A stretch of 54,939 nt of DNA from an uncultured Candidatus Saccharibacteria bacterium (lineage in GTDB: Bacteria > Patescibacteriota > Minisyncoccia > CAIUEV01 > JAHKAQ01), in contig CAZTZK010000019.1 of assembly GCA_964618065.1 (NCBI GenBank), forward strand, positions 1 through 54,939, read 5' to 3'. Positions 18,914 to 27,706 of the stretch are shown piece after piece. A program made the position numbers and the translations under genes. Within the stretch, counting starts at the first letter, position 1. Every line of letters begins with the position of its first letter. A model generated the notes under the pieces. The model had not been told where the DNA came from, did no database searches, and was given only the letters and a program-made list of their open reading frames with translations.

Positions 18914-18931
18914 TCAAAAGGAGTTTTAAAA

Positions 18932-20134
18932 ATGTCAGAAAAATTTGATCGCAGCAAACCTCATGTAAATGTAGGAACCATTGGTCATGTTGACCATGGG
19001 AAAACAACCTTAACTGCTGCTATGCTTCACGCTTTAAAATTATCCGGCAAACAAGCTAGTGAGAAAGATGTAAGCCAAATTGATTCAGCGCCAGAAGAAA
19101 AAGAAAGAGGGATTACTATTGCAACCGCTCATGTTGAATATGAAACTGATAAGAGGCATTATGCTCACGTAGATTGTCCGGGACATGCTGATTATATCAA
19201 AAACATGATCACTGGAGCTGCCCAGATGGATGGAGCAATTTTAGTAGTTTCTGCAACAGATGGTCCCATGCCTCAAACAAGAGAACATATTCTTCTAGCT
19301 CGTCAGGTAGGAGTTCCTAATATAGTTGTCTTTCTAAACAAGGTAGATCAACTTGATAGTTCTGACGCTTCTGAAATGCTAGATTTGGTAGAAAGTGAAG
19401 TTAGAGAACTTTTGAATAAATATGAATTTGATGGTGATAATATTGCTGTAATAAAAGGATCTGCCCTTAAAGCTTTAGAGAGCAAAGATAAAGACGACGA
19501 AAATATCAAACCTATTTTAGATTTAGTAGCAGCCCTTGATGAAAAAATTCCTGAGCCGGAAAGAGATATTGATAAACCTTTATTAATGCCCATTGAGGAT
19601 GTTTTTTCTATTGAAGGTAGAGGAACAGTGGCTACTGGTAGAATTGAGAGAGGCGAGGTAAATATTAATGATAAAGTTGAAATTGTAGGGATTAAAGATA
19701 CGACGGAAACAGTTGTTACCGGAATTGAAATGTTTAATAAAGAATTAGATAAAGGACAAGCCGGAGATAATGCTGGAATACTTTTGAGAGGTTTAAAGAA
19801 AGAGGACGTAGAAAGAGGCCAAGTTTTAGCAAAACCTGGTTCAATTAATCCTCACAAGGAGTTTGAAGCAGAAGTTTATATTTTGACTAAGGAAGAAGGC
19901 GGCCGTCATACACCTTTCTTTACCGGATATAAGCCTCAGTTTTATGTTAGAACTACTGATATTACTGGAGATGTAACTTTACCGGAAGGTACTGAAATGG
20001 TTATGCCAGGAGATACAGTAAGTCTAAAAGCCAAATTAATTGGGAAAGTAGCAATGGAAGAAGGAATGAGGTTTGCAATTAGAGAAGGAGGCAAAACAGT
20101 AGGTGCGGGAGTAGTAACTAAAATTATTGCTTAA
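18932..20134 (+). CDS. tuf: Elongation factor Tu
   Basis: 400 aa. [21 protein letters not shown] and NKVD GTPase motifs. It has a canonical GGAG SD. Confidence 0.98.
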   Translation: MSEKFDRSKPHVNVGTIGHVDHGKTTLTAAMLHALKLSGKQASEKDVSQIDSAPEEKERGITIATAHVEYETDKRHYAHVDCPGHADYIKNMITGAAQMDGAILVVSATDGPMPQTREHILLARQVGVPNIVVFLNKVDQLDSSDASEMLDLVESEVRELLNKYEFDGDNIAVIKGSALKALESKDKDDENIKPILDLVAALDEKIPEPERDIDKPLLMPIEDVFSIEGRGTVATGRIERGEVNINDKVEIVGIKDTTETVVTGIEMFNKELDKGQAGDNAGILLRGLKKEDVERGQVLAKPGSINPHKEFEAEVYILTKEEGGRHTPFFTGYKPQFYVRTTDITGDVTLPEGTEMVMPGDTVSLKAKLIGKVAMEEGMRFAIREGGKTVGAGVVTKIIA

Positions 20135-20145
20135 ATAATTTAGCT

Positions 20146-20170
20146 AAGCAGGGAAAATTTATCCCTGCTT
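20146..20170 (+). terminator. Hairpin after tuf (possible weak intrinsic terminator)
   Basis: AAGCAGGGA (20146-20154) pairs with TCCCTGCTT (20162-20170) around a 7-nt loop. Only a short T run follows, so termination may be partial. Confidence 0.45.
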
Positions 20171-20197
20171 TAAGCTTAATAGATCATTAATAAATAG

Positions 20198-20533
20198 ATG
20201 AAAAAGAAGAAAGAGAAAAAGCCAGAAGAAAAAACTAGAATTAGAATTAAAATTAAGGCTTTTGACCATCGGGTTATCGATCAATCAGCTAAACAAATTA
20301 TGGATACCGCTGAAAGAACAGGAGCTAAGGTTATTGGACCGGTTCCTCTTCCTACAGCCATAAATCGCTTTACGGTTAATAGATCTACTTTTGTTAATAA
20401 AGATGCTCGTGACCAATATGAAATGAGAACTCACAAGCGCCTTTTAGACATTGAGAATTTTACTCCTCAAACAATTGATTCTTTAATCAATCTTGATTTG
20501 CCAACCGGAGTAAATGTAGAAATTAAAATGTAA
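20198..20533 (+). CDS. rpsJ: 30S ribosomal protein S10
   Basis: 111 aa. [24 protein letters not shown], and THKRLLDI blocks. Confidence 0.95.
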   Translation: MKKKKEKKPEEKTRIRIKIKAFDHRVIDQSAKQIMDTAERTGAKVIGPVPLPTAINRFTVNRSTFVNKDARDQYEMRTHKRLLDIENFTPQTIDSLINLDLPTGVNVEIKM

Positions 20534-20603
20534 AGGGATGTTTTTTAGTCAGTTGATTAGAAAATAGAAATTTGTTAATTTCATAAATTTCAGATTTTTA
20601 AAT

Positions 20604-20640
20604 AAAAACAGGGGCCAAGAGTTCCGTTTTTATTTTTTGT
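20604..20640 (+). terminator. Weak terminator-like hairpin plus T-tract in the rpsJ-rplC spacer
   Basis: AAAAAC(a)GG ... CCGTTTTT, followed by ATTTTTTG. The stem is mostly A-U, so this is low confidence. Confidence 0.25.
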
Positions 20641-20668
20641 TTTCAAATAAGAGATTGAAGAAATTTTT

Positions 20669-21217
20669 ATGTTTGCAATTGGTAAAAAATTAAATATGTC
20701 GCAGATTTGGGATGATAAAAATAATGTTATTCCGGTAACTACTGTAAAGTATTTGCCGAGTGAGATTATTAGCTTTAAAACGGAGCAGAAAAACGGGTAC
20801 AAAGCTGTAGTTATTAAAAGTGGAAAAATAATCAAGGAATTTAGATTCCTAAATCTAAAGGATGATTTAAAAGAAGGCGACAAAATAACGATAGATAATT
20901 TTTCTGCCGGAGATAAAATAGAACTTATTGGAAGAAGTAAAGGGAAGGGATTTCAAGGTGTCGTTAAGAGACATGGATTTAGTGGGGGCGGTTCTTCTCA
21001 TGGTCATCGTCACGATCTTAGGCGTGGAGGTTCAATTGGTTCAGCTTTTCCTCAACATGTTATGAAAGGCAAAAAAATGGCTGGGCGTATGGGTAATTGT
21101 AGAATTTCAATTAAAAAAGCTTTGGTAGCTAAGGTAGATAAAGAAAATAATGTTTTAATGATTAAAGGATCTTTACCGGGGAAAAGGGGAAATTTAGTTT
21201 TTATTCGGAAAAAATAA
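20669..21217 (+). CDS. rplC: 50S ribosomal protein L3
   Basis: 182 aa. GKKLNMSQIWD..VIPVT, SKGKGFQGVVKRHGF, and KGKKMAGRMG blocks. It is shorter than E. coli L3 because of an internal deletion. Confidence 0.9.
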   Translation: MFAIGKKLNMSQIWDDKNNVIPVTTVKYLPSEIISFKTEQKNGYKAVVIKSGKIIKEFRFLNLKDDLKEGDKITIDNFSAGDKIELIGRSKGKGFQGVVKRHGFSGGGSSHGHRHDLRRGGSIGSAFPQHVMKGKKMAGRMGNCRISIKKALVAKVDKENNVLMIKGSLPGKRGNLVFIRKK

Positions 21218-21236
21218 CTTGATTAGTTTTTATTAA

Positions 21237-21890
21237 ATGAAACAGCCAATTTACAATTTAGAAGGAGAAAAAATAAAGGAAATAGAAATATCTCCTATAA
21301 TTTTTGATATGCCTTTTGACTCTGAATTAGTTTTTAGAACTGCAACTTCTCTAGCTTCTAATAAAAGAAGACCTTTGGCTCATACTAAAACTAGAGGCGA
21401 AGTTAGAGGAGGAGGCAAAAAGCCTTGGAGCCAAAAAGGAACGGGTAATGCAAGAGCTGGTTCAATTAGGAGTCCTATCTTCAAAGGAGGAGGAGTTACT
21501 TTTGGCCCTCGTAACAAAGTCAATTTTAAGAAAAAAATTAACAAAAAGGAACGCCGAAAAACTTTTTTGGAGGTATTTTCTTGCAAATTAAGAGACGGAG
21601 AGTTGAAAATCATTGATAGCTTTAAGCTAGAAAAGCCAAACACTAAGAAGTTATCCTCTTTATTGAAAAAAATTGGAGGTTGGGAAAAATCAGGCCTAGT
21701 GGTTACTTCTAGTAAAAATGAGAATCTGGGGAAATCCGTAAAGAATTTAGAGAGAATTGATTTTTTGCAAGCGACAAATGTTTCATCCTTAGATTTGCTT
21801 AATCATAAGTTTTTTTATTTAGATAAAGAATCTTTTAGTTATTATGAAAATAAGTATAAAGGTGTAAAGATTAAGAAGAATAAAAAATAA
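21237..21890 (+). CDS. rplD: 50S ribosomal protein L4
   Basis: 217 aa. The TKTRGEVRGGGKKPWSQKGTGNARAGSIRSPIFKGGG block is diagnostic. Confidence 0.92.
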   Translation: MKQPIYNLEGEKIKEIEISPIIFDMPFDSELVFRTATSLASNKRRPLAHTKTRGEVRGGGKKPWSQKGTGNARAGSIRSPIFKGGGVTFGPRNKVNFKKKINKKERRKTFLEVFSCKLRDGELKIIDSFKLEKPNTKKLSSLLKKIGGWEKSGLVVTSSKNENLGKSVKNLERIDFLQATNVSSLDLLNHKFFYLDKESFSYYENKYKGVKIKKNKK

Positions 21891-21898
21891 TTTTTTAT

Positions 21899-22393
21899 AT
21901 GGCTAGCTTCTTAGAAAAAATTGGATTAAAGAAAAAAAAGAGGATTGGGAAAAAAGCAGTTGAGATAAAAAATGTTGAAAAAGATACGAAAGAAAATCGC
22001 AAGAAGAAAGAAGGGAATGTTAAACAAGTGGAGACCGATGCTAAAGTAGTGGAAAAAAAAGTAGCTCTTAAGCAGAAAGAGGTTGATTCAAAAAGGAGAA
22101 AAACTCAAAAGAGAAATAATTTTGATAATGCTTATCAGGTTCTTTTAGGGCTTTTAGATACGGAGAAATCCAGCAGGGAGGCTTCGTGGGGAAAATATTA
22201 TTTTAGAGTGCATCCAAAATCAAGTAAAAATAGAATAAAACAGGCCGTAGAAGAATATTATAAAGTAGAAGTAACTAGTGTTAATATAATGAATTATAAG
22301 CCTAAAAAGAAGAAGTTTCGCTTGATTGAAGGATCTAGAAGTGCTTATAAGAAAGCAGTAGTTACCCTTAAAGAAGGGGAAGTTATCAAATAG
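21899..22393 (+). CDS. rplW: 50S ribosomal protein L23 with a Lys-rich N-terminal extension of about 75 aa
   Basis: 164 aa. The L23 core begins near AYQVLLGLLDTEKS and ends at KKAVVTLKEGE. There is no internal Met before the core, so the extension must be translated. Confidence 0.85.
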   Translation: MASFLEKIGLKKKKRIGKKAVEIKNVEKDTKENRKKKEGNVKQVETDAKVVEKKVALKQKEVDSKRRKTQKRNNFDNAYQVLLGLLDTEKSSREASWGKYYFRVHPKSSKNRIKQAVEEYYKVEVTSVNIMNYKPKKKKFRLIEGSRSAYKKAVVTLKEGEVIK

Positions 22394-22405
22394 GATAAAA
22401 TTATT

Positions 22406-23239
22406 ATGTTAAAAGTTAAAAAAATTAAAAATAGAGGTAAACGAGTAGTTTCATATATTTGGGGAGCTAACGTTGATCGTTCCTCACGTCCTTACAAGCC
22501 TCTTACTCGTATTTGGAAAAAGAAATCAGGCAGGATGAGATCGGGGAAAATTTCTGTTAGACATAGAGGTGGTGGTTCACGTCGTAGATATCGTTTGATT
22601 GAATTCAAGAGAAATAAAGGAGATTTCAAAGTGGAAAGAATAGAAAAAGATCCGAATCGAAGTAATTTTATTGCTCTTGTTTCTGATAAAAAAGGTTCTA
22701 AGTTTTATATGCCGGCAATTATTGGGATGAAAGTAGGAGATACTTTTCAAATAGGAGATAAGGTCAGTATAAAGAAAGGGAATAGGACTTGTCTGTCTAG
22801 AATATTGGCCGGTTCTTTTGTTTCTAACGTAGAGCTTTTCCCAGGATCAAAAGGACAATTAGCTAGAGCAGCCGGAACTTATGCAGTTGTAATGGGACAA
22901 GAGAATGGAATGAGCCAGCTCAAAATGCCTTCGGGAGAAATCCGCCAAGTTAATGAAAAATGCTATGCTACTATTGGTCAATCATCTAATCCAGAAAATA
23001 ATATGGTAAGAATAGGTAAAGCCGGAAGAACACGTTTGTTAGGAATACGTCCTAAGGTAAGAGGAAAAGCGATGAATCCGGTTGATCATCCCCATGGTGG
23101 AGGCGAAGGGAATGAGTCAATTGGGATGAAACATCCTAAAAATGTTTGGGGTAAGATTGCTTTGGGTGTAAAGACTAGAAAAAAGAAAAAGAAGAGCAAT
23201 CGTTATATTATTAGAAGAAGAGTTCATAAGCGGAAATAA
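22406..23239 (+). CDS. rplB: 50S ribosomal protein L2
   Basis: 277 aa. [16 protein letters not shown] and [13 protein letters not shown] blocks. Confidence 0.97.
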   Translation: MLKVKKIKNRGKRVVSYIWGANVDRSSRPYKPLTRIWKKKSGRMRSGKISVRHRGGGSRRRYRLIEFKRNKGDFKVERIEKDPNRSNFIALVSDKKGSKFYMPAIIGMKVGDTFQIGDKVSIKKGNRTCLSRILAGSFVSNVELFPGSKGQLARAAGTYAVVMGQENGMSQLKMPSGEIRQVNEKCYATIGQSSNPENNMVRIGKAGRTRLLGIRPKVRGKAMNPVDHPHGGGEGNESIGMKHPKNVWGKIALGVKTRKKKKKSNRYIIRRRVHKRK

Positions 23240-23262
23240 AGATTAATTATTTTTTTGGAAAT

Positions 23263-23604
23263 ATGTCTAGGAGTTTGAAAAAAGGTCCTTATGTGGATCT
23301 TAAGATATTAAAAAAGATAAAGGATTTAAAGCCGGGAGATAAAACAGTGATTAAAACTTGGTCACGTGATTGCATTATTACTCCAGAGATGATAGGCTTT
23401 GTTTTTGGTGTTTATAATGGGAAAAAACACATTGAAGTTTTAGCAAGCGAAGAAATGGTTGGTCATAAGTTGGGAGAGTTTTCTCCAACTAGAAAATTCC
23501 AAAGACATGGTGGAAGAATTCAGAAAGAAATGGAGCAAGAAGCTCTGAAAAGTAACGGAAGTACTCAGAATGAAGAAGCTGAGAAAGAAGGGAAGGAAAA
23601 ATAG
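23263..23604 (+). CDS. rpsS: 30S ribosomal protein S19 (acidic C-terminal tail of about 20 aa)
   Basis: 113 aa. [18 protein letters not shown], and [13 protein letters not shown] blocks. Confidence 0.95.
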   Translation: MSRSLKKGPYVDLKILKKIKDLKPGDKTVIKTWSRDCIITPEMIGFVFGVYNGKKHIEVLASEEMVGHKLGEFSPTRKFQRHGGRIQKEMEQEALKSNGSTQNEEAEKEGKEK

Positions 23605-23632
23605 TTTTAATTAGTATTTTAAGTTAAGTTTT

Positions 23633-24175
23633 ATGCAAGTTAAGGCAAGTTTAAAAAATTTTAGAATGTCTCCCCGAAAAGTTCGTTTAGCGGCTGATTT
23701 AGTTAGAGGCAAAACCTATTTTGAAGCTAAGGTCCAATTGCAATTTATTAAAGGAAAAACAGGAACACCTATTTTGGATTTACTTGAATCTTGTGTTGCT
23801 AATGGGGTTCATAATTTTGGTTTAGAAAAAAGTAATTTATATATTGAAAACATTGAAGTTGATGAAGGGCCAGTTATGAAAAGATGGCGTCCTAGAGCTC
23901 ACGGAAGGGCTTACTCAATTTTGAAAAGAACTTCTCATTTAGGTATTATTTTAAATGAGATAGAAGAAGGCAAGGGGAGAACTAAAGTAGAGAGGAAAGA
24001 AGCTAAGACGTTAACCTATGAAGAATTAAAGAAGATTACTAAGCAGGCTGATAAGATTTTGAATAAACAGCAGGAAAGGAAGGAAAAAGATCAAAAAGAT
24101 CAAAAATTAGGAAAAGATAAAAAGAGTAGCTCAAGTAGAGCAATCTCTAAAATTTTTAGAAGAAAAAGTATTTAA
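23633..24175 (+). CDS. rplV: 50S ribosomal protein L22 with a Lys-rich C-terminal extension of about 65 aa
   Basis: 180 aa. SPRKVRLAADLVRGK and RWRPRAHGRAYSILKRTSH mark the core, which is followed by a K/E/Q-rich tail. Confidence 0.9.
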   Translation: MQVKASLKNFRMSPRKVRLAADLVRGKTYFEAKVQLQFIKGKTGTPILDLLESCVANGVHNFGLEKSNLYIENIEVDEGPVMKRWRPRAHGRAYSILKRTSHLGIILNEIEEGKGRTKVERKEAKTLTYEELKKITKQADKILNKQQERKEKDQKDQKLGKDKKSSSSRAISKIFRRKSI

Positions 24176-24180
24176 TTTAT

Positions 24181-24876
24181 ATGGGTAAAAAAGTTAATCC
24201 AACTAGTTTAAGACTAGGAATTGTCACTGATTGGTCTTCAAAGTGGTTTGCTGAAAAGGGATATTCTAAATTTTTAGAAGTGGACTTAGCAATTGAAGAT
24301 TATTTAAAGGATAAATTAAAAAATAGTGCGATCAAAGATATTAGGATTGAGAGATCAGAAAATTCTTTGAAGATTAAAATTTTATCAGGTCGTCCAGGAG
24401 TTATTATTGGAAGAGGTGGGTCCGGGATTGAAGAAATTAAAAATGGGATTACTGCTTTGTGGATGTCTTTAAATAGTAAGCAAAAGAGAGGGAAGAAAGG
24501 AAATAAGAAAAATAAGTTGGAAATTGAAATAGAAGTGGAAGAAGTCAAAAATTTTGAAGAAAGTGCTTCTTTAGTTGCTCAAAATGTTGCCGAACAACTT
24601 GAAAAAAGAGTTTCTTTTAGAAGAGTTTTAAAAACTACTCTAGATTCAGTTGCTAAGCAAAAAAATGTCAAAGGAGTTAAAATAATGGTAGCCGGTCGTT
24701 TAAATGGAGCTGAAATGAAATCTAGAGAATGGGTCATTTGGGGAGGGATTCCATTGCATACTTTAAGAGCAGTTATTGATTTTGCAAGACGTCCTGCTTA
24801 TACTAATTGCGGAATAGTAGGTGTTAAGGTTTGGATTTACAAAGGAGAAGTTTTTAAGAAAAATAACAAGAATTAG
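24181..24876 (+). CDS. rpsC: 30S ribosomal protein S3 (basic insertion after the KH domain)
   Basis: 231 aa. GKKVNPTSLRLG, GRPGVIIGRGGSGIEEIK (KH domain), and VAGRLNGAEMKSREW blocks. The inserted segment is NSKQKRGKKGNKKNK. Confidence 0.93.
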   Translation: MGKKVNPTSLRLGIVTDWSSKWFAEKGYSKFLEVDLAIEDYLKDKLKNSAIKDIRIERSENSLKIKILSGRPGVIIGRGGSGIEEIKNGITALWMSLNSKQKRGKKGNKKNKLEIEIEVEEVKNFEESASLVAQNVAEQLEKRVSFRRVLKTTLDSVAKQKNVKGVKIMVAGRLNGAEMKSREWVIWGGIPLHTLRAVIDFARRPAYTNCGIVGVKVWIYKGEVFKKNNKN

Positions 24877-24878
24877 CT

Positions 24879-25283
24879 ATGCTTTTACCTAAAAAAATTA
24901 AGCATCGCAAGCAGCATCAAAGGAAATTTAAGCCTATTACAAAAAGAGGAAGCAGTTTAAAATTTGGAAATTTTGGCTTAAAAGTATTGGAACCAACTTG
25001 GATATCTTCTCGACAGTTAGAAGCTGCTCGTCGGGCTATGACTCGTTATGTTCAAAGGCAAGGAAAGATTTGGATTCGGATTTTTCCCGATTCTCCGGTT
25101 ACTCAAAAAGGAGCAGAAACTCCAATGGGGAAAGGAAAAGGTAGTGTGGATCATTTTGTAGCTTCAGTAGATCCTGGAAGAATTATTTTTGAAATAGATG
25201 GGATTGAAGAAGAAATTGCCAAGATTGCTCTTAAGAGAGCAGGAGATAAAATATCAGCTAAGACTAAAATAATAGGAAGATAA
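24879..25283 (+). CDS. rplP: 50S ribosomal protein L16
   Basis: 134 aa. MLLPKKIKHRKQH, ISSRQLEAARRAMTR, and ETPMGKGKGS blocks. Confidence 0.95.
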   Translation: MLLPKKIKHRKQHQRKFKPITKRGSSLKFGNFGLKVLEPTWISSRQLEAARRAMTRYVQRQGKIWIRIFPDSPVTQKGAETPMGKGKGSVDHFVASVDPGRIIFEIDGIEEEIAKIALKRAGDKISAKTKIIGR

Positions 25284-25286
25284 GCT

Positions 25287-25487
25287 ATGCATAAAAAAGA
25301 TTTTAAAAAAATGAGTATCAAAAGTTTGCAAGAATTTATTGCTCTTAGAAAGGGCGAACTTTTGAAATCGAGGCTTAATTTATCTAAGAATCAAAATGAA
25401 GGTAATGTAAAAAATGTAAAGAGAATAAGGAAAGAGATAGCTCAATTTTTAACAATTATCAAGGAAAAAGAAAACCATGCCAAATAA
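25287..25487 (+). CDS. rpmC: 50S ribosomal protein L29
   Basis: 66 aa. Position between L16 and S17, plus L29-like helical blocks (SIKSLQEFIALRKGELLKSRLNLS and RIRKEIAQ). Confidence 0.8.
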   Translation: MHKKDFKKMSIKSLQEFIALRKGELLKSRLNLSKNQNEGNVKNVKRIRKEIAQFLTIIKEKENHAK

Positions 25488-25923
25488 AAGTGAGAAAAAA
25501 ATACCAGAGAAAAATTCTGGAGAGGAGAAATCTATCTCTAAGTTAGAAAAGAAGAAAAAAGAGATGCCAAAAGGTGAAGAGAAAAAAACTCCTCAGATTA
25601 ATAAGCTAAGAGATAAAAAGATTGCTTCAAATTATAAGAAGCCTCAATTAAAATTTGAAAGAATTGCTATAGAGAATAAAGGAAAAAAATTGAAGATGAG
25701 AAATAAGTTGCAAGGTATAGTTGTCTCTGACAAGATGGATAAGACTCTAGTTGTTTCGGTTTCTACAATAAAGATACATTCTAAATATCATAAAAGATAT
25801 TATCGCAATAAAAAGTATAAAGTCCATGATCCGAATAATAAATATAAGCTTGGAGACGAAGTAACTTTTTCTCCTTGCCGACCTTTCAGTAAGGAGAAGA
25901 AATGGATAGTAACTAAAAGTTAA
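25477..25923 (+). CDS. rpsQ: 30S ribosomal protein S17 with a K/E-rich N-terminal extension of about 73 aa
   Basis: 148 aa. The core LQGIVVSDKMDKTLVV...HDPNNKYKLGDEV..CRPFSKEKKW begins at M74 (nt 25696). The 73 upstream codons are stop-free in AT-rich DNA and overlap the rpmC stop, which favours the long form. Confidence 0.85.
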   Translation: MPNKSEKKIPEKNSGEEKSISKLEKKKKEMPKGEEKKTPQINKLRDKKIASNYKKPQLKFERIAIENKGKKLKMRNKLQGIVVSDKMDKTLVVSVSTIKIHSKYHKRYYRNKKYKVHDPNNKYKLGDEVTFSPCRPFSKEKKWIVTKS

Positions 25924-25956
25924 AGATTATCAATTTTTTATTTATAGTATATTAAG

Positions 25957-26322
25957 ATGATTCAACCAGAAACAAAATTGAATGTAGCTGATAATAGCGG
26001 AGCTAAGATGATTAAATGTTTTCGTATTCCCGGTGGGACTAGAAAACGTTATGCTAGATTGGGAGAAATTATTATAGCCTCTGTTAAAGAAGCTGAGCCA
26101 AGATCTTCAGTAAAGAAAAAAGAGATAGTTAAGGCTGTTATTGTAAGACAGAAATACCCTTATCGTAGGAAAGATGGAACCTACATTCGTTTTGATGATA
26201 ATGCAGCGATTATTTTAGACGGGAAAGAAATGAAAGCTACTCGTGTTTCTGGTCCTATTGCTAGAGAAGTTAGAGAAAAGGGCTTTAAAAAGATTATTTC
26301 GTTAGCCCCGGAAGTTTTATAA
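25957..26322 (+). CDS. rplN: 50S ribosomal protein L14
   Basis: 121 aa. [17 protein letters not shown] and FDDNAAIIL blocks. Confidence 0.97.
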   Translation: MIQPETKLNVADNSGAKMIKCFRIPGGTRKRYARLGEIIIASVKEAEPRSSVKKKEIVKAVIVRQKYPYRRKDGTYIRFDDNAAIILDGKEMKATRVSGPIAREVREKGFKKIISLAPEVL

Positions 26323-26331
26323 AATTATTTT

Positions 26332-26640
26332 ATGAAGATTAAAAAAGATGATAATATCATAATTATTTCTGGAAAAGATAAGGGTTATAGAGGAAAAGTA
26401 ACCGATGTTGACATAAAAAAGGATAGAGTGGTAGTTGATGGAGCTAATTTAATTAAGAAACATATTAAATCTTCTAAAAAAGGTGAAAAAGGACAACGGA
26501 TTGAAATGCCGGCACCTATTCATGTTTCAAATGTTCAACTTTATTGTGAGAATTGTAAAAGAGGAGTAAAAGTTAGTTTTGTAAAAAAAGAAGATGGCTC
26601 TAAAAAAAGAATATGTAAAAGATGTAAAAATGAAATCTAA
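26332..26640 (+). CDS. rplX: 50S ribosomal protein L24 (C-terminal CxxC...CxxC)
   Basis: 102 aa. The KOW motif GKDKGYRGKV and APIHVSNVQL are present, followed by CENC-x18-CKRC. Confidence 0.9.
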   Translation: MKIKKDDNIIIISGKDKGYRGKVTDVDIKKDRVVVDGANLIKKHIKSSKKGEKGQRIEMPAPIHVSNVQLYCENCKRGVKVSFVKKEDGSKKRICKRCKNEI

Positions 26641-27388
26641 TTCTAAAAAGAAGAAAAATTTGGGTCAGAAAAGAAATTCTAAGGATAAAAGGGTTTCTGC
26701 TAAAAATGGAAACTTTGTAAAAGAAGTAAAAGGACAAGATAAAAGCAAGAAACAAGGCTTAAAAACAAGTGGGCTTTACCTTAAATATATTTCTGAAGTT
26801 GTTCCTGAAATGATGAAAAAATTTAAGTACAAAAGTCCCATGGCTGTTCCCAAACTTGAAAAAATTGTAGTGAATACAGGGATAGGTCCTTGGCTAGATA
26901 AAGGGAAAGAAATAAAAGAAGATATTAAAAAAGATTTAGGAATTATCTGTGGTCAAAAGCCAGCTCCCACTAGAGCAAGGAAAGCTATTGCAGGCTTTAA
27001 GATAAAAATTGGACAAGAAATTGGAGCAAAGGTTGTTTTAAGAAAAATTAAAATGTATGATTTTCTAGAAAGACTCATCGTAGAAGCTCTTCCTCGGGTT
27101 AAAGATTTTAGAGGTATACCCGAAAGTAATTTTGGAGAAAGAGGAGAAGTAAGTTTTGGCATTAAAGAACATGTTGCCTTTGCTGAGATTAATAGTGAAG
27201 AAGTCAATAATGTCTTTAGTCTTGAAGTAAGCATTGTAAATTCAGGAAATACTAAAAAAGAGGGATTGGAACTGATGAAGTTGCTTGGTTTTCCTATTTC
27301 TTTTGAAAGTGAAATGAAAGAAATGAACAACAATAAGTTACAAGTGGAAAAACATAAAAAAGCGGTAGCAATGAAAAATGATAAATAA
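26594..27388 (+). CDS. rplE: 50S ribosomal protein L5 with basic N-terminal and C-terminal extensions
   Basis: The L5 core (LKYISEVVPEMMKKFKYKSPMAVPKLEKIVVNTGIG ... FGIKEHVAFAEI) starts about 60 aa into the 264-aa ORF. The start is uncertain. ATG 26594 overlaps rplX by 47 nt, and ATG 26630 overlaps it by 11 nt. Confidence 0.88.
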   Translation: MALKKEYVKDVKMKSNSKKKKNLGQKRNSKDKRVSAKNGNFVKEVKGQDKSKKQGLKTSGLYLKYISEVVPEMMKKFKYKSPMAVPKLEKIVVNTGIGPWLDKGKEIKEDIKKDLGIICGQKPAPTRARKAIAGFKIKIGQEIGAKVVLRKIKMYDFLERLIVEALPRVKDFRGIPESNFGERGEVSFGIKEHVAFAEINSEEVNNVFSLEVSIVNSGNTKKEGLELMKLLGFPISFESEMKEMNNNKLQVEKHKKAVAMKNDK

Positions 27389-27500
27389 AAGAATTTTGTG
27401 TTTTTCTCTATTTAGATTTGCCTTTCTCTTTTTAAAATAGTAAGGTTTAAGGTTAAAAATAGATATAAGTATAAATTAAGTATTATTTTTAGATATTTTT

Positions 27501-27686
27501 ATGGCAAGAAAAGCTTTGGTTGAAAAAGCAAAAAGACCTCCTAAATTTAGCACTAGAAAAGTCAGACGTTGTTTTAGGTGTGGAAGGAACAGAGGATATT
27601 TAAGAAAATTCGGTCTCTGTCGTATTTGTTTCAGGGAATTGGCTGAGAAAGGAAAAATTCCCGGAGTTAAAAAAGCTTCTTGGTAA
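27501..27686 (+). CDS. rpsN: 30S ribosomal protein S14, zinc-binding type Z
   Basis: 61 aa. [20 protein letters not shown] (CxxC-x12-CxxC) and a KASW C-terminus. Confidence 0.92.
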   Translation: MARKALVEKAKRPPKFSTRKVRRCFRCGRNRGYLRKFGLCRICFRELAEKGKIPGVKKASW

Positions 27687-27706
27687 TTATTAAATATTTT
27701 TGAAAA

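Noticed and set aside
18581-18931. Searched the fusA/HD-tuf spacer for a tRNA gene, since tRNAs often precede tuf
   Set aside because: No acceptor-stem complementarity and no GTTCRANYC-type T-loop. Only the two hairpins reported in the findings are present.
15831-19593. Track ORFs 15831-16040(+), 16849-17082(-) and 19348-19593(-)
   Set aside because: They are out of frame or antisense within fusA and tuf.
20590-20883. 97-aa minus-strand ORF spanning the rpsJ-rplC spacer and the rplC start
   Set aside because: It overlaps the conserved L3 N-terminus on the opposite strand. It has a hydrophobic low-complexity sequence and no start-site support.
25696-25923. Short canonical-length S17 starting at M74 (MRNKLQGIVV...)
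   Set aside because: It is possible but less likely. The 73 upstream codons stay open in AT-rich DNA and join directly to the rpmC stop. Choosing the short form would leave an unexplained 208-nt gap. It is kept as an alternative in the rpsQ feature.
26953-27333. 126-aa minus-strand ORF
   Set aside because: It is antisense to the conserved core of rplE. Its Ser/Leu/Phe-rich composition is typical of the reverse complement of a Lys/Glu-rich gene.
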